A stretch of DNA of 64,000 nucleotides from an uncultured Candidatus Binatia bacterium (GTDB taxonomy: Bacteria; Desulfobacterota; Binatia; UBA9968; CAXXLF01). The DNA lies in NCBI GenBank assembly GCA_965218425.1, contig OZ244621.1, positions 4,192,001-4,256,000 of the forward strand. Direction: 5' to 3'. A model generated the notes under the pieces. That model saw nothing but the letters and a program-made list of their open reading frames with translations. It did no database searches and was not told where the DNA came from. Shown here piece after piece: positions 40,263-49,402 of this stretch. Numbering within the stretch: position 1 is the first letter of the stretch; each line of letters begins with the position of its first letter. The position numbers and the translations under genes were made by a program.

Positions 40263-41162
40263 TTAAGCCACACGTTTGATCGAGTCATATGCCATTGGGG
40301 TGTGGTATCCCAACGACTCATGCTTTCTTCTTCGGTTATAAAACAGTTCAATGTAGTCGAAGATATCCGACCTAGCGTCCTGCCTCGTCTTATAATCCTG
40401 ATGGTGTACAAGTTCATTCTTTAGTGAGCTGAACAAACTCTCGACCACTGCATTGTCGTAGCAATTCCCTTTGCGGCTCATGCTGCGCACCACCCCATGG
40501 CGTTTGAGCAACTCAACGTAGTGATTGCTAGCGTATTGGATTCCTTGGTCGCTATGGTGAATCAGCCCCGCCATAGGCTGGCGCTGTTCGATAGCCATCA
40601 GTAAAGCTTCACTGACCAACTCCTGTGTGGGACGTTGCTTCATTGACCATCCCACCACCAGCCGAGAGTAAAGGTCCACCACTACCGCCAGGTATAACCA
40701 CCCAGATCGGGTACCAATGAAGGTAATATCGGCCATCCATACCTGGTCGGGGCCTGACGCTTCGAAGCGTTGACGCAACAAGTTCGGTGCCGGTGGCGCA
40801 CTGTGACGAGCCTTGTAGGCCAATCGAAACCTTTGCACCCGACGCGTCTCTATCCCCACTAAACTCCTCAGCCTCGCCACCCCATGCTTCCCACATGTCA
40901 CCCCCGCCTCCTTCAGCGTCAGCCATGTCTTGACTGCCCCGTACGCTTCCTTGTAGCTCTCGTGCACCTTGCGGATCTCTTTGATCACAACCTTATCCTG
41001 TGCTCTACGCCGAGACTCCCCTCGACCGCTCCAGTCGTAGTACCCACTACGACTGACCTCTAATACCTCGCACATCCTCACTACCCTAAACTCTGTCCTG
41101 TGAGCTCGTATAAACGCGTACTTTACTTGAGCTCCTTGGCAAAGTACGCTGCGGCCTTTTTT
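40263..41162 (-). CDS. IS3 transposase OrfB (expressed by -1 frameshift)
   Basis: WMADITFI, HHSDQGIQY, GNCYDNAVVES DDE motifs. Confidence 0.92.
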   Translation of the reverse strand, partial: KKGRSVLCQGAQVKYAFIRAHRTEFRVVRMCEVLEVSRSGYYDWSGRGESRRRAQDKVVIKEIRKVHESYKEAYGAVKTWLTLKEAGVTCGKHGVARLRSLVGIETRRVQRFRLAYKARHSAPPAPNLLRQRFEASGPDQVWMADITFIGTRSGWLYLAVVVDLYSRLVVGWSMKQRPTQELVSEALLMAIEQRQPMAGLIHHSDQGIQYASNHYVELLKRHGVVRSMSRKGNCYDNAVVESLFSSLKNELVHHQDYKTRQDARSDIFDYIELFYNRRRKHESLGYHTPMAYDSIKRVA

Positions 41163-41413
41163 AATATATCTCGTTGTTCCGTTACCCGCTCCAGCTCTCG
41201 CCTTAACCGTGCTACCTCATCGTTGTCTCTACCTCGACCTGTGCCGGGAAACGCAGCCGCCCCTTTCCTCGTCACTTGCTCCTGCCACTTGTACAGTCGA
41301 TTGCGAGGTACTCCCAGTTCCCGTGCAATCTCCGCTGCTGGCCGAGCGCCCGCCTCCAGCAGTCGAACAGCTTCCAACTTAAACTCTTGGGTGAAACGCC
41401 TTCGCTTGCCCAT
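41123..41413 (-). CDS. IS3 transposase OrfA
   Basis: RRFTQEFKLEAV HTH and leucine zipper ending ILKKAAAYF. Confidence 0.92.
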   Translation of the reverse strand: MGKRRRFTQEFKLEAVRLLEAGARPAAEIARELGVPRNRLYKWQEQVTRKGAAAFPGTGRGRDNDEVARLRRELERVTEQRDILKKAAAYFAKELK

Positions 41414-41479
41414 CGAACACCTCCTGCGGGGATCTTGTCCCCTTTTTAGGTGTCCGTCAAACCTGGGCTACCTCAGGTA

Positions 41480-42967
41480 TCATTCCAACCCGAACTCCTT
41501 CCAGCGTGAAAGGAGGCGGGATTTCAGTTCGTTGGTGACTTTGTTCACAGGCTTGAATCTCACGATTTCTCCACCCGGTCCCCGCTTGGCCCGGAAGGTA
41601 GCATCGATGACCACGCTTGAAGTCTTCCCTCCATAAAGATCTGTAAGCGGATCGTGCGGGGACGGCCGGTCCCTTGGACCAACCCGCATATGCACATCCG
41701 GCATGACACCCTGCATGACCCTCCACAGGACGTCGTCCCAGTCTCGGACGTCGCAGTCCTCATCCACCAGAATGGTCCACCGGGGCATGCGGTTATCGTA
41801 GGCTTCCGGGGCGCCACGCAGGTTCTGGATCACGTAGTCCACCTCTTGCGGAGAGTTCACACGGACTCCGATTACGGCCATCAAAGCGTGGCTTGCCCCC
41901 ACGTGGTCCGGGATATAAATGTCGGTGATTTGCTCGATGTGGCTGTTGCTCTCGCGAAACGCGTCAGTAAAGAGCCACTTTGGGTAGTCCTCATGTTGGC
42001 GACAGATGAGACCGTAGCTGAGGGGCTTCTTTCGATGGGTAATACACGTGACCTTTATGAGGAACGCTAGATCACTGTGCGAATAAAATCCTGGAGACTC
42101 GCCGTGGGGTCCCTCCGAAGTGCGAATTTGGGGCACCACCTCCCCTTCAATGATTATCTCGGCGGAGGCTGGTACCAGGAGGGAAGGATCTGTTACGCAG
42201 CGGACCAGAGGGACGGCCTCTCCCCCCAACGCACCGGCCAAGGCGTATTCAGCGTGGGGATACTCTTTCGAGGGTACGGATTGAGCGCCGCTATAGGTCA
42301 GGCGCGGATCCATGCCGAGCGCTAGGGCAATGGGAGTTGGCTTACCCTTCGTTTCATTCTGATGAACATGGAACGCGGTGCCGTATCCCCTTGGTGACTG
42401 GCCGAAAGGAAGTCCGCGAGCATTGAGGGTTAAGCTCCTTTTGTCTTTAATCATCGCCCGATAGAGACCGTAGTTGGTATACCCCGTTTCTAGGTCGGCG
42501 GTGACCACAGCCGCCGTGGTGCCAATGTACTGACCACCGTCTCCTTCGTGCCACCAGGGAGTTGGGAACTGATAGAGGTTCACGTCATCGCCCCTGTGTA
42601 CTTCCTCCTGGCAAAGGCCGGTCTCCACCACCACCGGTGGAATCAGGTTATCTTTCGCTTCTCTGACCTTTCGAATGATCGCCCCGCCGTCCGGAGGTGT
42701 ACCAAAGCCCAGACCCAACTTCTCGGCACTGTCCATAAGGTTGGTGACCAGCGAATGACCTGGATAGCCCTTGATATTCTCGAACAGCAACGCCGGTCCA
42801 TTGCGGTCCAAAGTGATGGCGGAAATGGCACCCAACTCGTGCTTGAGGTCCACTTCTGCCGTAATATGTTTAAGCAGGCCAGCCTCCTCCAGAGTCGACA
42901 CGTAGCCTCGCAAGTCCTCGTTTCCAACCTTTGTGCTTGTTGTCGCCTGTAGTTTATTTTTTGCCAT
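41480..42967 (-). CDS. UbiD family (prFMN-dependent) decarboxylase
   Basis: PALLFENIKGY, DGGQYIGT, NYGLYR, AEIIIEG, EGPHGE, VDEDCD; start placed at 42967 because the upstream GTG lies within the promoter. Confidence 0.92.
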   Translation of the reverse strand: MAKNKLQATTSTKVGNEDLRGYVSTLEEAGLLKHITAEVDLKHELGAISAITLDRNGPALLFENIKGYPGHSLVTNLMDSAEKLGLGFGTPPDGGAIIRKVREAKDNLIPPVVVETGLCQEEVHRGDDVNLYQFPTPWWHEGDGGQYIGTTAAVVTADLETGYTNYGLYRAMIKDKRSLTLNARGLPFGQSPRGYGTAFHVHQNETKGKPTPIALALGMDPRLTYSGAQSVPSKEYPHAEYALAGALGGEAVPLVRCVTDPSLLVPASAEIIIEGEVVPQIRTSEGPHGESPGFYSHSDLAFLIKVTCITHRKKPLSYGLICRQHEDYPKWLFTDAFRESNSHIEQITDIYIPDHVGASHALMAVIGVRVNSPQEVDYVIQNLRGAPEAYDNRMPRWTILVDEDCDVRDWDDVLWRVMQGVMPDVHMRVGPRDRPSPHDPLTDLYGGKTSSVVIDATFRAKRGPGGEIVRFKPVNKVTNELKSRLLSRWKEFGLE

Positions 42968-43022
42968 TGCCTGATCCCTCTCGAATCGCCCCTGTTCGAC
43001 GACTGACCTTGATTCAGGGGAT

Positions 43023-43056
43023 ATCTTATGCGGGATAGTACTCACTTGTCAATTTC
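43023..43056 (-). promoter_or_regulatory. Sigma70-like promoter/operator, copy 2 of the 34-bp element
   Basis: TTGACA-18 bp-TAAGAT; 31/34 identical to 20603-20636. Confidence 0.7.
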
Positions 43057-43074
43057 TGATGTTCCGGTACCGCA

Positions 43075-43215
43075 ACCTACCCAATGCCCACTGTCTTTCT
43101 CTACCTTTTTCCCTCTTCTCCCAACACTCAACACTGAACACTGAATTCTTGATAGTTCACTGCATACTGCCCACTGCCCCCTATCCCCCACCCCCTACAC
43201 CCAACTCCCTGCACC
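43075..43215 (+). repeat. Pyrimidine-rich mosaic of degenerate heptamer repeats
   Basis: caacactcaacactgaacactgaa, actgcatactgcccactgccc, cctatcccccaccccctacacccaactccct. Confidence 0.65.
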
Positions 43216-43226
43216 TATACATGGGC

Positions 43227-43254
43227 TTGACATTAGGGGCCACCTAAATATACT
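43227..43254 (+). promoter_or_regulatory. Putative sigma70 promoter with palindromic spacer
   Basis: TTGACA-16 bp-TATACT; spacer contains TTAGG-N5-CCTAA. Confidence 0.5.
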
Positions 43255-43362
43255 GCTCGGGTTCATTAGCTTTACCGGCGACTCGGCTTATCGCCTGCAT
43301 AGGTGGAAGTCAACTATTTGGTACCGCCTCGAGTTGGAGGCCCAAGGGAGGGTGAATACCTG

Positions 43363-44565
43363 ATGCTCACTAGGGAAGATAACGAGTCATTGACCCGTGT
43401 GGGGCCCGGCACACCCATGGGCGAACTGCTCCGGCGCTACTGGCACCCGGTGGCTGTTGCAAATGAACTGACCGACGAAAACCCCACAAAGTTTGTTCGT
43501 ATCCTAGGGGAAAACCTGGTGCTGTTTCGCGATAAGACAGGCCGGGTGGGTCTCCTGGAGGACCGTTGTGCCCATCGTGGCGCTTCATTAGTTTACGGAC
43601 GGGTTGAGGAGCGGGGAATCGCCTGCGCCTATCACGGTTGGCTCTATGACACGCAGGGGAATTGTTTAGAAACTCCACCCGAACCTGCCGAGAGCAAATT
43701 CAGACTTACCATCAAGCAAAAGGCCTACCCGGTGCAGAAGCTCACTGGCCTGTACTGGGCGTACCTTGGGCCCATACCCGGCACAGCGCTCCCGAAGTAC
43801 GATGTTCTTGCGCGCACGGACGGCAAGCGGCGCATTAACGTCCACTCCATGCTGGATTGCAACTGGCTACAGACCGTGGAGAACTCCGTGGATCCGACTC
43901 ACGCGCCCATTCTGCACCAGGACACCGCGGGCCGCATCGCACGCCCGGTTAACACTACCCGCGGCTTCATCGACGACCAGCCCAGCTTCGAATTCTGGTT
44001 GGTGCCTTATGGGATCATGAAACGGCGTAACTTCCGCAATGGCGAGAGTGATGAGCACCCTCTCATCTTCCCCAACATACTGCGCACTGGTGGAACTGCC
44101 CAAATCCGAGTACCCGTGGACGACACCCACACATGGCGGGTGGACGTCAACTTCCAGCCGACCCCGGACGGGAGCGAAGATCCCTCCGCTGAGGAGCCCG
44201 TGGTAGTCTACCGGGAGCCCTACAAAGATCCGCCCGATCGCCGGCATCCATTCGCCCGCTGGAAGATGGACACCGTCGCGCAGCAGGACCACATGGCATG
44301 GGAGACTCAGGGGCCCATAGCCGACCGGACCGTTGAGCGCCTCAGCCATTCGGACCGGGCCGTCGTGTTCCTGCGCCAGCTCATGCTGGAGAACATCGAG
44401 AAGGTAAGGCGGGGCATGGACCCCTTCGCTGTGATCCGCGATCCAGATCATCCCATTATCGATACGAGCACGTCACAGGATCTTCATTTCAGCGGCGGAA
44501 AAACGGGGGCGGGTCGTCCCTATGGCCTCACCACCGGAACCGTGGCCCCCCGCGCCCGGCAGTAA
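43363..44565 (+). CDS. Rieske non-heme iron oxygenase alpha subunit (phthalate dioxygenase/LigXa-like)
   Basis: LTRVGPGTPMGELLRRYW, CAHRG...CAYHGW Rieske site, ENSVDPTH...LH and QD mononuclear iron ligands. Confidence 0.93.
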   Translation: MLTREDNESLTRVGPGTPMGELLRRYWHPVAVANELTDENPTKFVRILGENLVLFRDKTGRVGLLEDRCAHRGASLVYGRVEERGIACAYHGWLYDTQGNCLETPPEPAESKFRLTIKQKAYPVQKLTGLYWAYLGPIPGTALPKYDVLARTDGKRRINVHSMLDCNWLQTVENSVDPTHAPILHQDTAGRIARPVNTTRGFIDDQPSFEFWLVPYGIMKRRNFRNGESDEHPLIFPNILRTGGTAQIRVPVDDTHTWRVDVNFQPTPDGSEDPSAEEPVVVYREPYKDPPDRRHPFARWKMDTVAQQDHMAWETQGPIADRTVERLSHSDRAVVFLRQLMLENIEKVRRGMDPFAVIRDPDHPIIDTSTSQDLHFSGGKTGAGRPYGLTTGTVAPRARQ

Positions 44566-44645
44566 GGACAGTGCGGCCAGTGCAGCTAGCGCCCCCACTG
44601 GCAACGAGAGGAGTTTTTGACGAAGTTCGAGGAGGTTTCGCTGTT

Positions 44646-45965
44646 ATGAGAATGAAACGAGGACTTATAACCAAGGTTGGATATTTAGTGATAACGTTTG
44701 CCCTATTGCCGATCTGGCCGACACGGGCGACCGTGAGGGAGACCCGAGCCGCCGAGCCGGATGCCAAATTCCAGGCCAAGTGGAAAGCGTTGATCAAGGC
44801 GGCTAAAGGCGAAGGCAAGATGGTTTCCGTTACCACGGGCCGCGGCGGCCTGGAGATGGCACCGATTTTAAGAACATTTTCAAAAAAGTTTGGTGTCAGG
44901 GTGGTGATATCGCGTGGCTCGGGCCGGGAACAGGCCAATCGGGTTTTGGCGGAGCAACGCGCGGGCCGGTTCACCGTGGATACGATCCAGACAGGCAAGT
45001 CCACAATGAACTTGCGCTATGTCCCCAACAAGGCCCTCCAGCCCATCGAGCCTCTTCTCTTCCACCCTGAAGTGGTGGACAAGTCCAATTGGTACGGGAA
45101 CCAGTTTTGGTACGTGGACGCGCCCCAGCGGTACATCTTTGTCTACGCTGCCGACCTGGACTGCGAGGGAGGCGTCAGCACTAGCGTTTGGTGGAACACC
45201 AAATTGGTGAGCGTGAAAGAGGCAGCGTCATGGAAGAGCGATTGGGATATCCTGAGCGAGAAGTACGCGGGGAGGTTGGTGGTGAGAAGCCCCTTGGATG
45301 CTGGCGCCATGGGAAACATCGCCGGTACCTATGTTGAAAGGGGCCCCAATTACCTGCAGCGCCTGTACGGAGACCCCACGCTCAAGATCTTTTACACCAA
45401 CGACGTCAACGTCATGACCGACGGCATCGCGAAGGGGCGTTTTCACGTGGGGATCAGCATGGGCCGCCACGGGCTAAACAGGCTCCGTGACTTCGGTGCG
45501 CCGGTGCAAGACTACAGGACTGCAGCGAACGAAAACGGCTGGAAGGCGGGCGAAGATTTGTGCGACCTCACGGATCACGGCATAGACGGAACCATCACCG
45601 TTGCCCGGAACAATCCCCATCGAAACGCAACGAAGCTCTTTTTGAACTGGCTTTTGAGTCGTGAAGGGCAAACCCTCATTCAGGCCACAAAGAAAGTCGA
45701 AAGCCTGCGACCGGACGGGTTGCACACACGCCAGACGCTGCGTACAGACGGGATTCCGCCCGGCCTGGTGGACCCAGTTACCGCGTTCAGCTACGACAAG
45801 GAGTTCATTGGGCTTGACTTTGATCCCAACGCCGAGAAGCTGCGGGAGGCCGTGACCAAGTGGGTGCGAGCCATTCACCGGGAGGCGTACTTCGGGGGCC
45901 CTTCAGCACCTCCACCGCCCGGGTTGCCGGAAAAGTTCGGAGAGTTCAAAAAGTACTGGCGCTAG
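44646..45965 (+). CDS. ABC transporter extracellular solute-binding protein
   Basis: WKALIKAAKGEGK, RVLAEQRAG, NPHRNATKLFLNWLLSREGQ. Confidence 0.88.
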   Translation: MRMKRGLITKVGYLVITFALLPIWPTRATVRETRAAEPDAKFQAKWKALIKAAKGEGKMVSVTTGRGGLEMAPILRTFSKKFGVRVVISRGSGREQANRVLAEQRAGRFTVDTIQTGKSTMNLRYVPNKALQPIEPLLFHPEVVDKSNWYGNQFWYVDAPQRYIFVYAADLDCEGGVSTSVWWNTKLVSVKEAASWKSDWDILSEKYAGRLVVRSPLDAGAMGNIAGTYVERGPNYLQRLYGDPTLKIFYTNDVNVMTDGIAKGRFHVGISMGRHGLNRLRDFGAPVQDYRTAANENGWKAGEDLCDLTDHGIDGTITVARNNPHRNATKLFLNWLLSREGQTLIQATKKVESLRPDGLHTRQTLRTDGIPPGLVDPVTAFSYDKEFIGLDFDPNAEKLREAVTKWVRAIHREAYFGGPSAPPPPGLPEKFGEFKKYWR

Positions 45966-46019
45966 TTCCCGGTGCGGCTCCGGTTGGTCAACCCCATGGA
46001 GTGAGCTAGGAGAAGACTC

Positions 46020-47801
46020 TTGAACACCGCCACCAGAGCGCGTTTCCCGGCCCTCCAATGGTTCAAGCCCGAGAAGGGCACCTACATCGTTGTTTGCCTG
46101 ATCCTGGTCCTGGGTTTTTTTCTCATCTACCCCGTCTTCCTGATCCTGGGCCTTAGTTTCAATACAGCCGCACATTTCTTCGTGGGAGAGCCTAAATGGG
46201 GCCTGGACAATTGGCGGATTGCCTTCACCCAACCCGGTCTGTTGCAGGCCCTTTTCAATACCGTCTGGCTCTGGGTCCTGTCAGCCGCCGTGTCGTTTCC
46301 CGTGGCCATCGCTACCGCGTGGCTGCTGGCGCGGACCCGGCTCCCCTTCAGCCACGGCCTCGAGTTCCTGTTCTGGGTGGCCTATGTCACGCCGGGAGGG
46401 TTGATCGCCTGGATCATGCTCCTCGACCCAAGCATTGGGCTCTTGAACGTGGGGCTCGAGATGCTTCCCTTCATCGACAAAGGACCCTTCAACATCTTCA
46501 GCATTCCAGGCATCATTTTTGTGAACGTTGTGGGCTCGGGGATTTCGGTGAAGGTGATGCTGCTAACGCCGGCGTTTCGGAATATGGATGCAGCACTTGA
46601 AGAGGCGGCCCGGGTTGGTGGGGCCACCAGCTTCCGGACCATGCTCAAGATCACGGTTCCCCTGATGATCTCCCCCATCGCCCTGGTCTTTGCTCTCCAA
46701 CTGGTAAAGATATTCAACAGCTTCGAGACCGAGCTGGTGCTCGGTTTGCCCATTGGCTTCTTTGTTTACTCCACAAAACTTTACGATCTCGTGCGCATGC
46801 ACGAGCCCCCGCTCTATGGGCAGGCCACCGCGCTGGCAAGCCTCACCCTGGTCCTCATCACGTTTATCATTCCGTTACAGCGCTGGATCCTTCAACGGCG
46901 CCGGTACACCACCATCACAGGAAACTTCAAGCCTGGACTGATCGACCTTGGGCCGTGGAAATGGCCGGCCTTTGGGGGGATTCTCTTCTATCACCTTTTC
47001 ACCACTTTTCTGCCCCTGGCCGTCATGCTTGTGGGAAGCTTCATGACCAGGGTGGGGTACTTCAATCTGAATCAAGTGTTTACTCTTAACCACTGGCGAT
47101 TCGTATTGAACGATCCGCTGTTCTTCACCGGTCTCAAAACAACTTTGATCATAGCTTCCACCACGGCCATCATCAGCCCGGTGCTCTTCTCCATAATCGC
47201 ATATATCATCGTGCGGACCCGGTGGCGCTTCCGCCTGGGCATCGACGGCGTGATATGGGTTTCCGCCGCCATCCCCGGCATGCTTTCCAGCCTCGGACTG
47301 CTCTTGATCTTTTTATGGACACCGGGTCTGAGTTTTTTCTATGGCACCATCTGGGCCCTGCTCGTTGTGGTCATTCTTCAGGGCAACACCACCGGGGTGA
47401 ATATTTCCAAAGGCTCCATCGTCCAGGTGGGATTCGAGATGGAAGAGGCCGCACGGGTCTCAGGCATGGGGTGGTTCGACACGTTTTTCAAGATATGGGT
47501 CCCGCTCTTGATGCCAACCCTGGCCCTGCTTGCCCTCTTGAATTTCAACATCGCGGCCGGCACCACCGCCAGCATCATCTTGCTGGCGTCGCGCGAGACC
47601 ATCACGGTTTCCATCCTGATCCTGGAGTGGCTGCTGCCCGGGGGAGGGCTGCGTGAGGCTGCGGCGGTGGCGCAGATCATCCTCGGGTTGATCACCTTGC
47701 TGACCGCATGTGCTCTTCGACGCTATAGCATCGCCAGGAGCGTGAGCAATGCATACAAGGACAAGGCCCGCACCGGACCGGAACAGGGATTTTTTGGCTA
47801 G
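46020..47801 (+). CDS. Fused two-domain ABC permease (FbpB/ThiP-like)
   Basis: Two EAA loops (LEEAARVGGA, MEEAARVSG); about 12 TM segments. Confidence 0.93.
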   Translation: MNTATRARFPALQWFKPEKGTYIVVCLILVLGFFLIYPVFLILGLSFNTAAHFFVGEPKWGLDNWRIAFTQPGLLQALFNTVWLWVLSAAVSFPVAIATAWLLARTRLPFSHGLEFLFWVAYVTPGGLIAWIMLLDPSIGLLNVGLEMLPFIDKGPFNIFSIPGIIFVNVVGSGISVKVMLLTPAFRNMDAALEEAARVGGATSFRTMLKITVPLMISPIALVFALQLVKIFNSFETELVLGLPIGFFVYSTKLYDLVRMHEPPLYGQATALASLTLVLITFIIPLQRWILQRRRYTTITGNFKPGLIDLGPWKWPAFGGILFYHLFTTFLPLAVMLVGSFMTRVGYFNLNQVFTLNHWRFVLNDPLFFTGLKTTLIIASTTAIISPVLFSIIAYIIVRTRWRFRLGIDGVIWVSAAIPGMLSSLGLLLIFLWTPGLSFFYGTIWALLVVVILQGNTTGVNISKGSIVQVGFEMEEAARVSGMGWFDTFFKIWVPLLMPTLALLALLNFNIAAGTTASIILLASRETITVSILILEWLLPGGGLREAAAVAQIILGLITLLTACALRRYSIARSVSNAYKDKARTGPEQGFFG

Positions 47802-47949
47802 TCCGCGCAGAGGCGGGCTCCGGGATATGTCGAAATTCAAGACTCAAGACTCGACCGCATTGACAAACCACCAGAATAAAGGCGAATGAGAATTAAATTT
47901 CTAAGAACTGACGCCCATCAACACCCTCTTAACTTTCAGGAAAAACGCG

Positions 47950-48201
47950 TTGACTACGCCGACCCTGGCTCTGTTAGCGCTCCTGAGCTTCTTCATCGCC
48001 GCCAATACCACCGCCAGCATCATCTTGCTGGCCTCCCGGGAGACCATCACCGCCTCGATCCTCATTCTGGAATGGCTCTTCCCCGGAACAGGTCTCCGCG
48101 AGGCGACGGCGGTGGCACAGATCATTCTCGGTTCCATCACGCTTATTATCGCGCTGGTGGCGCGGCACTACGGCATCATCTTGGGCGTGCGACACAATTA
48201 G
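47950..48201 (+). pseudogene. C-terminal fragment of a paralogous ABC permease
   Basis: PTLALLALL...TTASIILLASRETIT...ILILEW closely matches the C-terminus of the 46020 permease. Confidence 0.85.
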
Positions 48202-48275
48202 GAAGGTTCGAGAAATTAAAACCCATAGACCCCATTGGTTCACCCGAAGCCAATCCACGTAAAGGAGACCAGACC

Positions 48276-49349
48276 ATGAAAAGTATACTTGATTTCATCA
48301 TAGTTCTGTTCTGTGGCATAGCCCTCACTTTAGCATGCCCGCTTCGGGCCTCCGCATCCACGTTCTATCAGGGCAAGACCATCGTTATAGCCCAGGGCGG
48401 AGGTAATCCCGGAGGTACTGCTGATGCCCGAACCCGTTCAGTGGTTCCGTACCTGCGCAAGCACATCCCGGGTAGTCCTAACATCGTTCTCCAGTACATG
48501 ACGGCCGCGGGCGGCATCATGCACGCAAATTACATGTCCAAGAGAGTCAAACGGGACGGACTAACCATCGGCGTGTTTCCATCCAGTGTCTTTGGCCATA
48601 GTGTCCTCGGCACACCCGGAGTCCAATATGACCTAAATGACTTTATATTCCTTGGTTCCCCTATTGGAGGTGGGGGCCCCTACACTTTAGTAATCCGACC
48701 GGAGTTAGGACTGGACACTGTGGAGAAGCTCAAGAGTCATAAAGGACTCCGTTTTGCCGCACGGTCCGTGGGACATACCATGTATATCCTTGGCCGGGTC
48801 ATGGCATTTGTGCTTGAGCTTCGGGAACCAAGATGGATCGTCGGGTACCAGAGTGCCGAGCTCGTGCCGGCACTAGAACGCGGCGAAGCTGACGCCAGAC
48901 CCAACAGCATTCCCTCCGTTCTCCGTCAAACACCGCACTGGTTGAAGGAAGGGTTTGGCTTCCCCATTGTTATGAAGGACGCGAAAGGGCGAGGTGCAGC
49001 GCAGGTGCCTGAATTTCCGCAGGGCCTGCCTGTGTTGGATCAATATGCCGATACGGAATTAAAGCGCGCCATCATCAATTTACGAAATGACATCAGGCCT
49101 GCGGGCAATGTTTTCATGGTTCCGAAAGGCACTCCGCCCGAGGCTTTGAATACCTTGCACGAAGCCTTTCGCAGGATTTGGGCGGACCCTCAGTTTGCCA
49201 AAGACTTTAAGAAATTGACCAAAGAGCCGGCAAATCCCACCACAGGAAAGACTATTGAGCAGGCGGTCCGAAGGATGCCCAAGGATCCGAAGCTCATATC
49301 GATTTACAAACAGATTGCAGGACCCGGGCCACTGCCTCCTAGCAGGTAG
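48276..49349 (+). CDS. tctC: Tripartite tricarboxylate transporter substrate-binding protein (Bug family)
   Basis: FYQGKTI, NPGGTAD, KHIPGSP, DGLTIG, ERGEAD, PKGTP; AAAGGAG RBS. Confidence 0.9.
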   Translation: MKSILDFIIVLFCGIALTLACPLRASASTFYQGKTIVIAQGGGNPGGTADARTRSVVPYLRKHIPGSPNIVLQYMTAAGGIMHANYMSKRVKRDGLTIGVFPSSVFGHSVLGTPGVQYDLNDFIFLGSPIGGGGPYTLVIRPELGLDTVEKLKSHKGLRFAARSVGHTMYILGRVMAFVLELREPRWIVGYQSAELVPALERGEADARPNSIPSVLRQTPHWLKEGFGFPIVMKDAKGRGAAQVPEFPQGLPVLDQYADTELKRAIINLRNDIRPAGNVFMVPKGTPPEALNTLHEAFRRIWADPQFAKDFKKLTKEPANPTTGKTIEQAVRRMPKDPKLISIYKQIAGPGPLPPSR

Positions 49350-49402
49350 TGATCGAACTACGTCTGACTTATATGAGAGCGATCAACGCCAGGAGATAAG
49401 TA

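Larger units (their letters stand above)
40233..41475 (-). mobile_element. IS3 family insertion sequence (IS51-like)
   Basis: Terminal IRs TGAAGCGACCCGGGTTTCACGGACA / TGAGGTAGCCCAGGTTTGACGGACA; 3-bp target duplication GGT; A-AAA-AAG slippery site at 41156-41162. Confidence 0.93.

Noticed and set aside
42968..43045. Longer N-terminus for UbiD from the ORF track
   Set aside because: The GTG lies inside the duplicated promoter; ATG 42967 has a GAGGGA RBS
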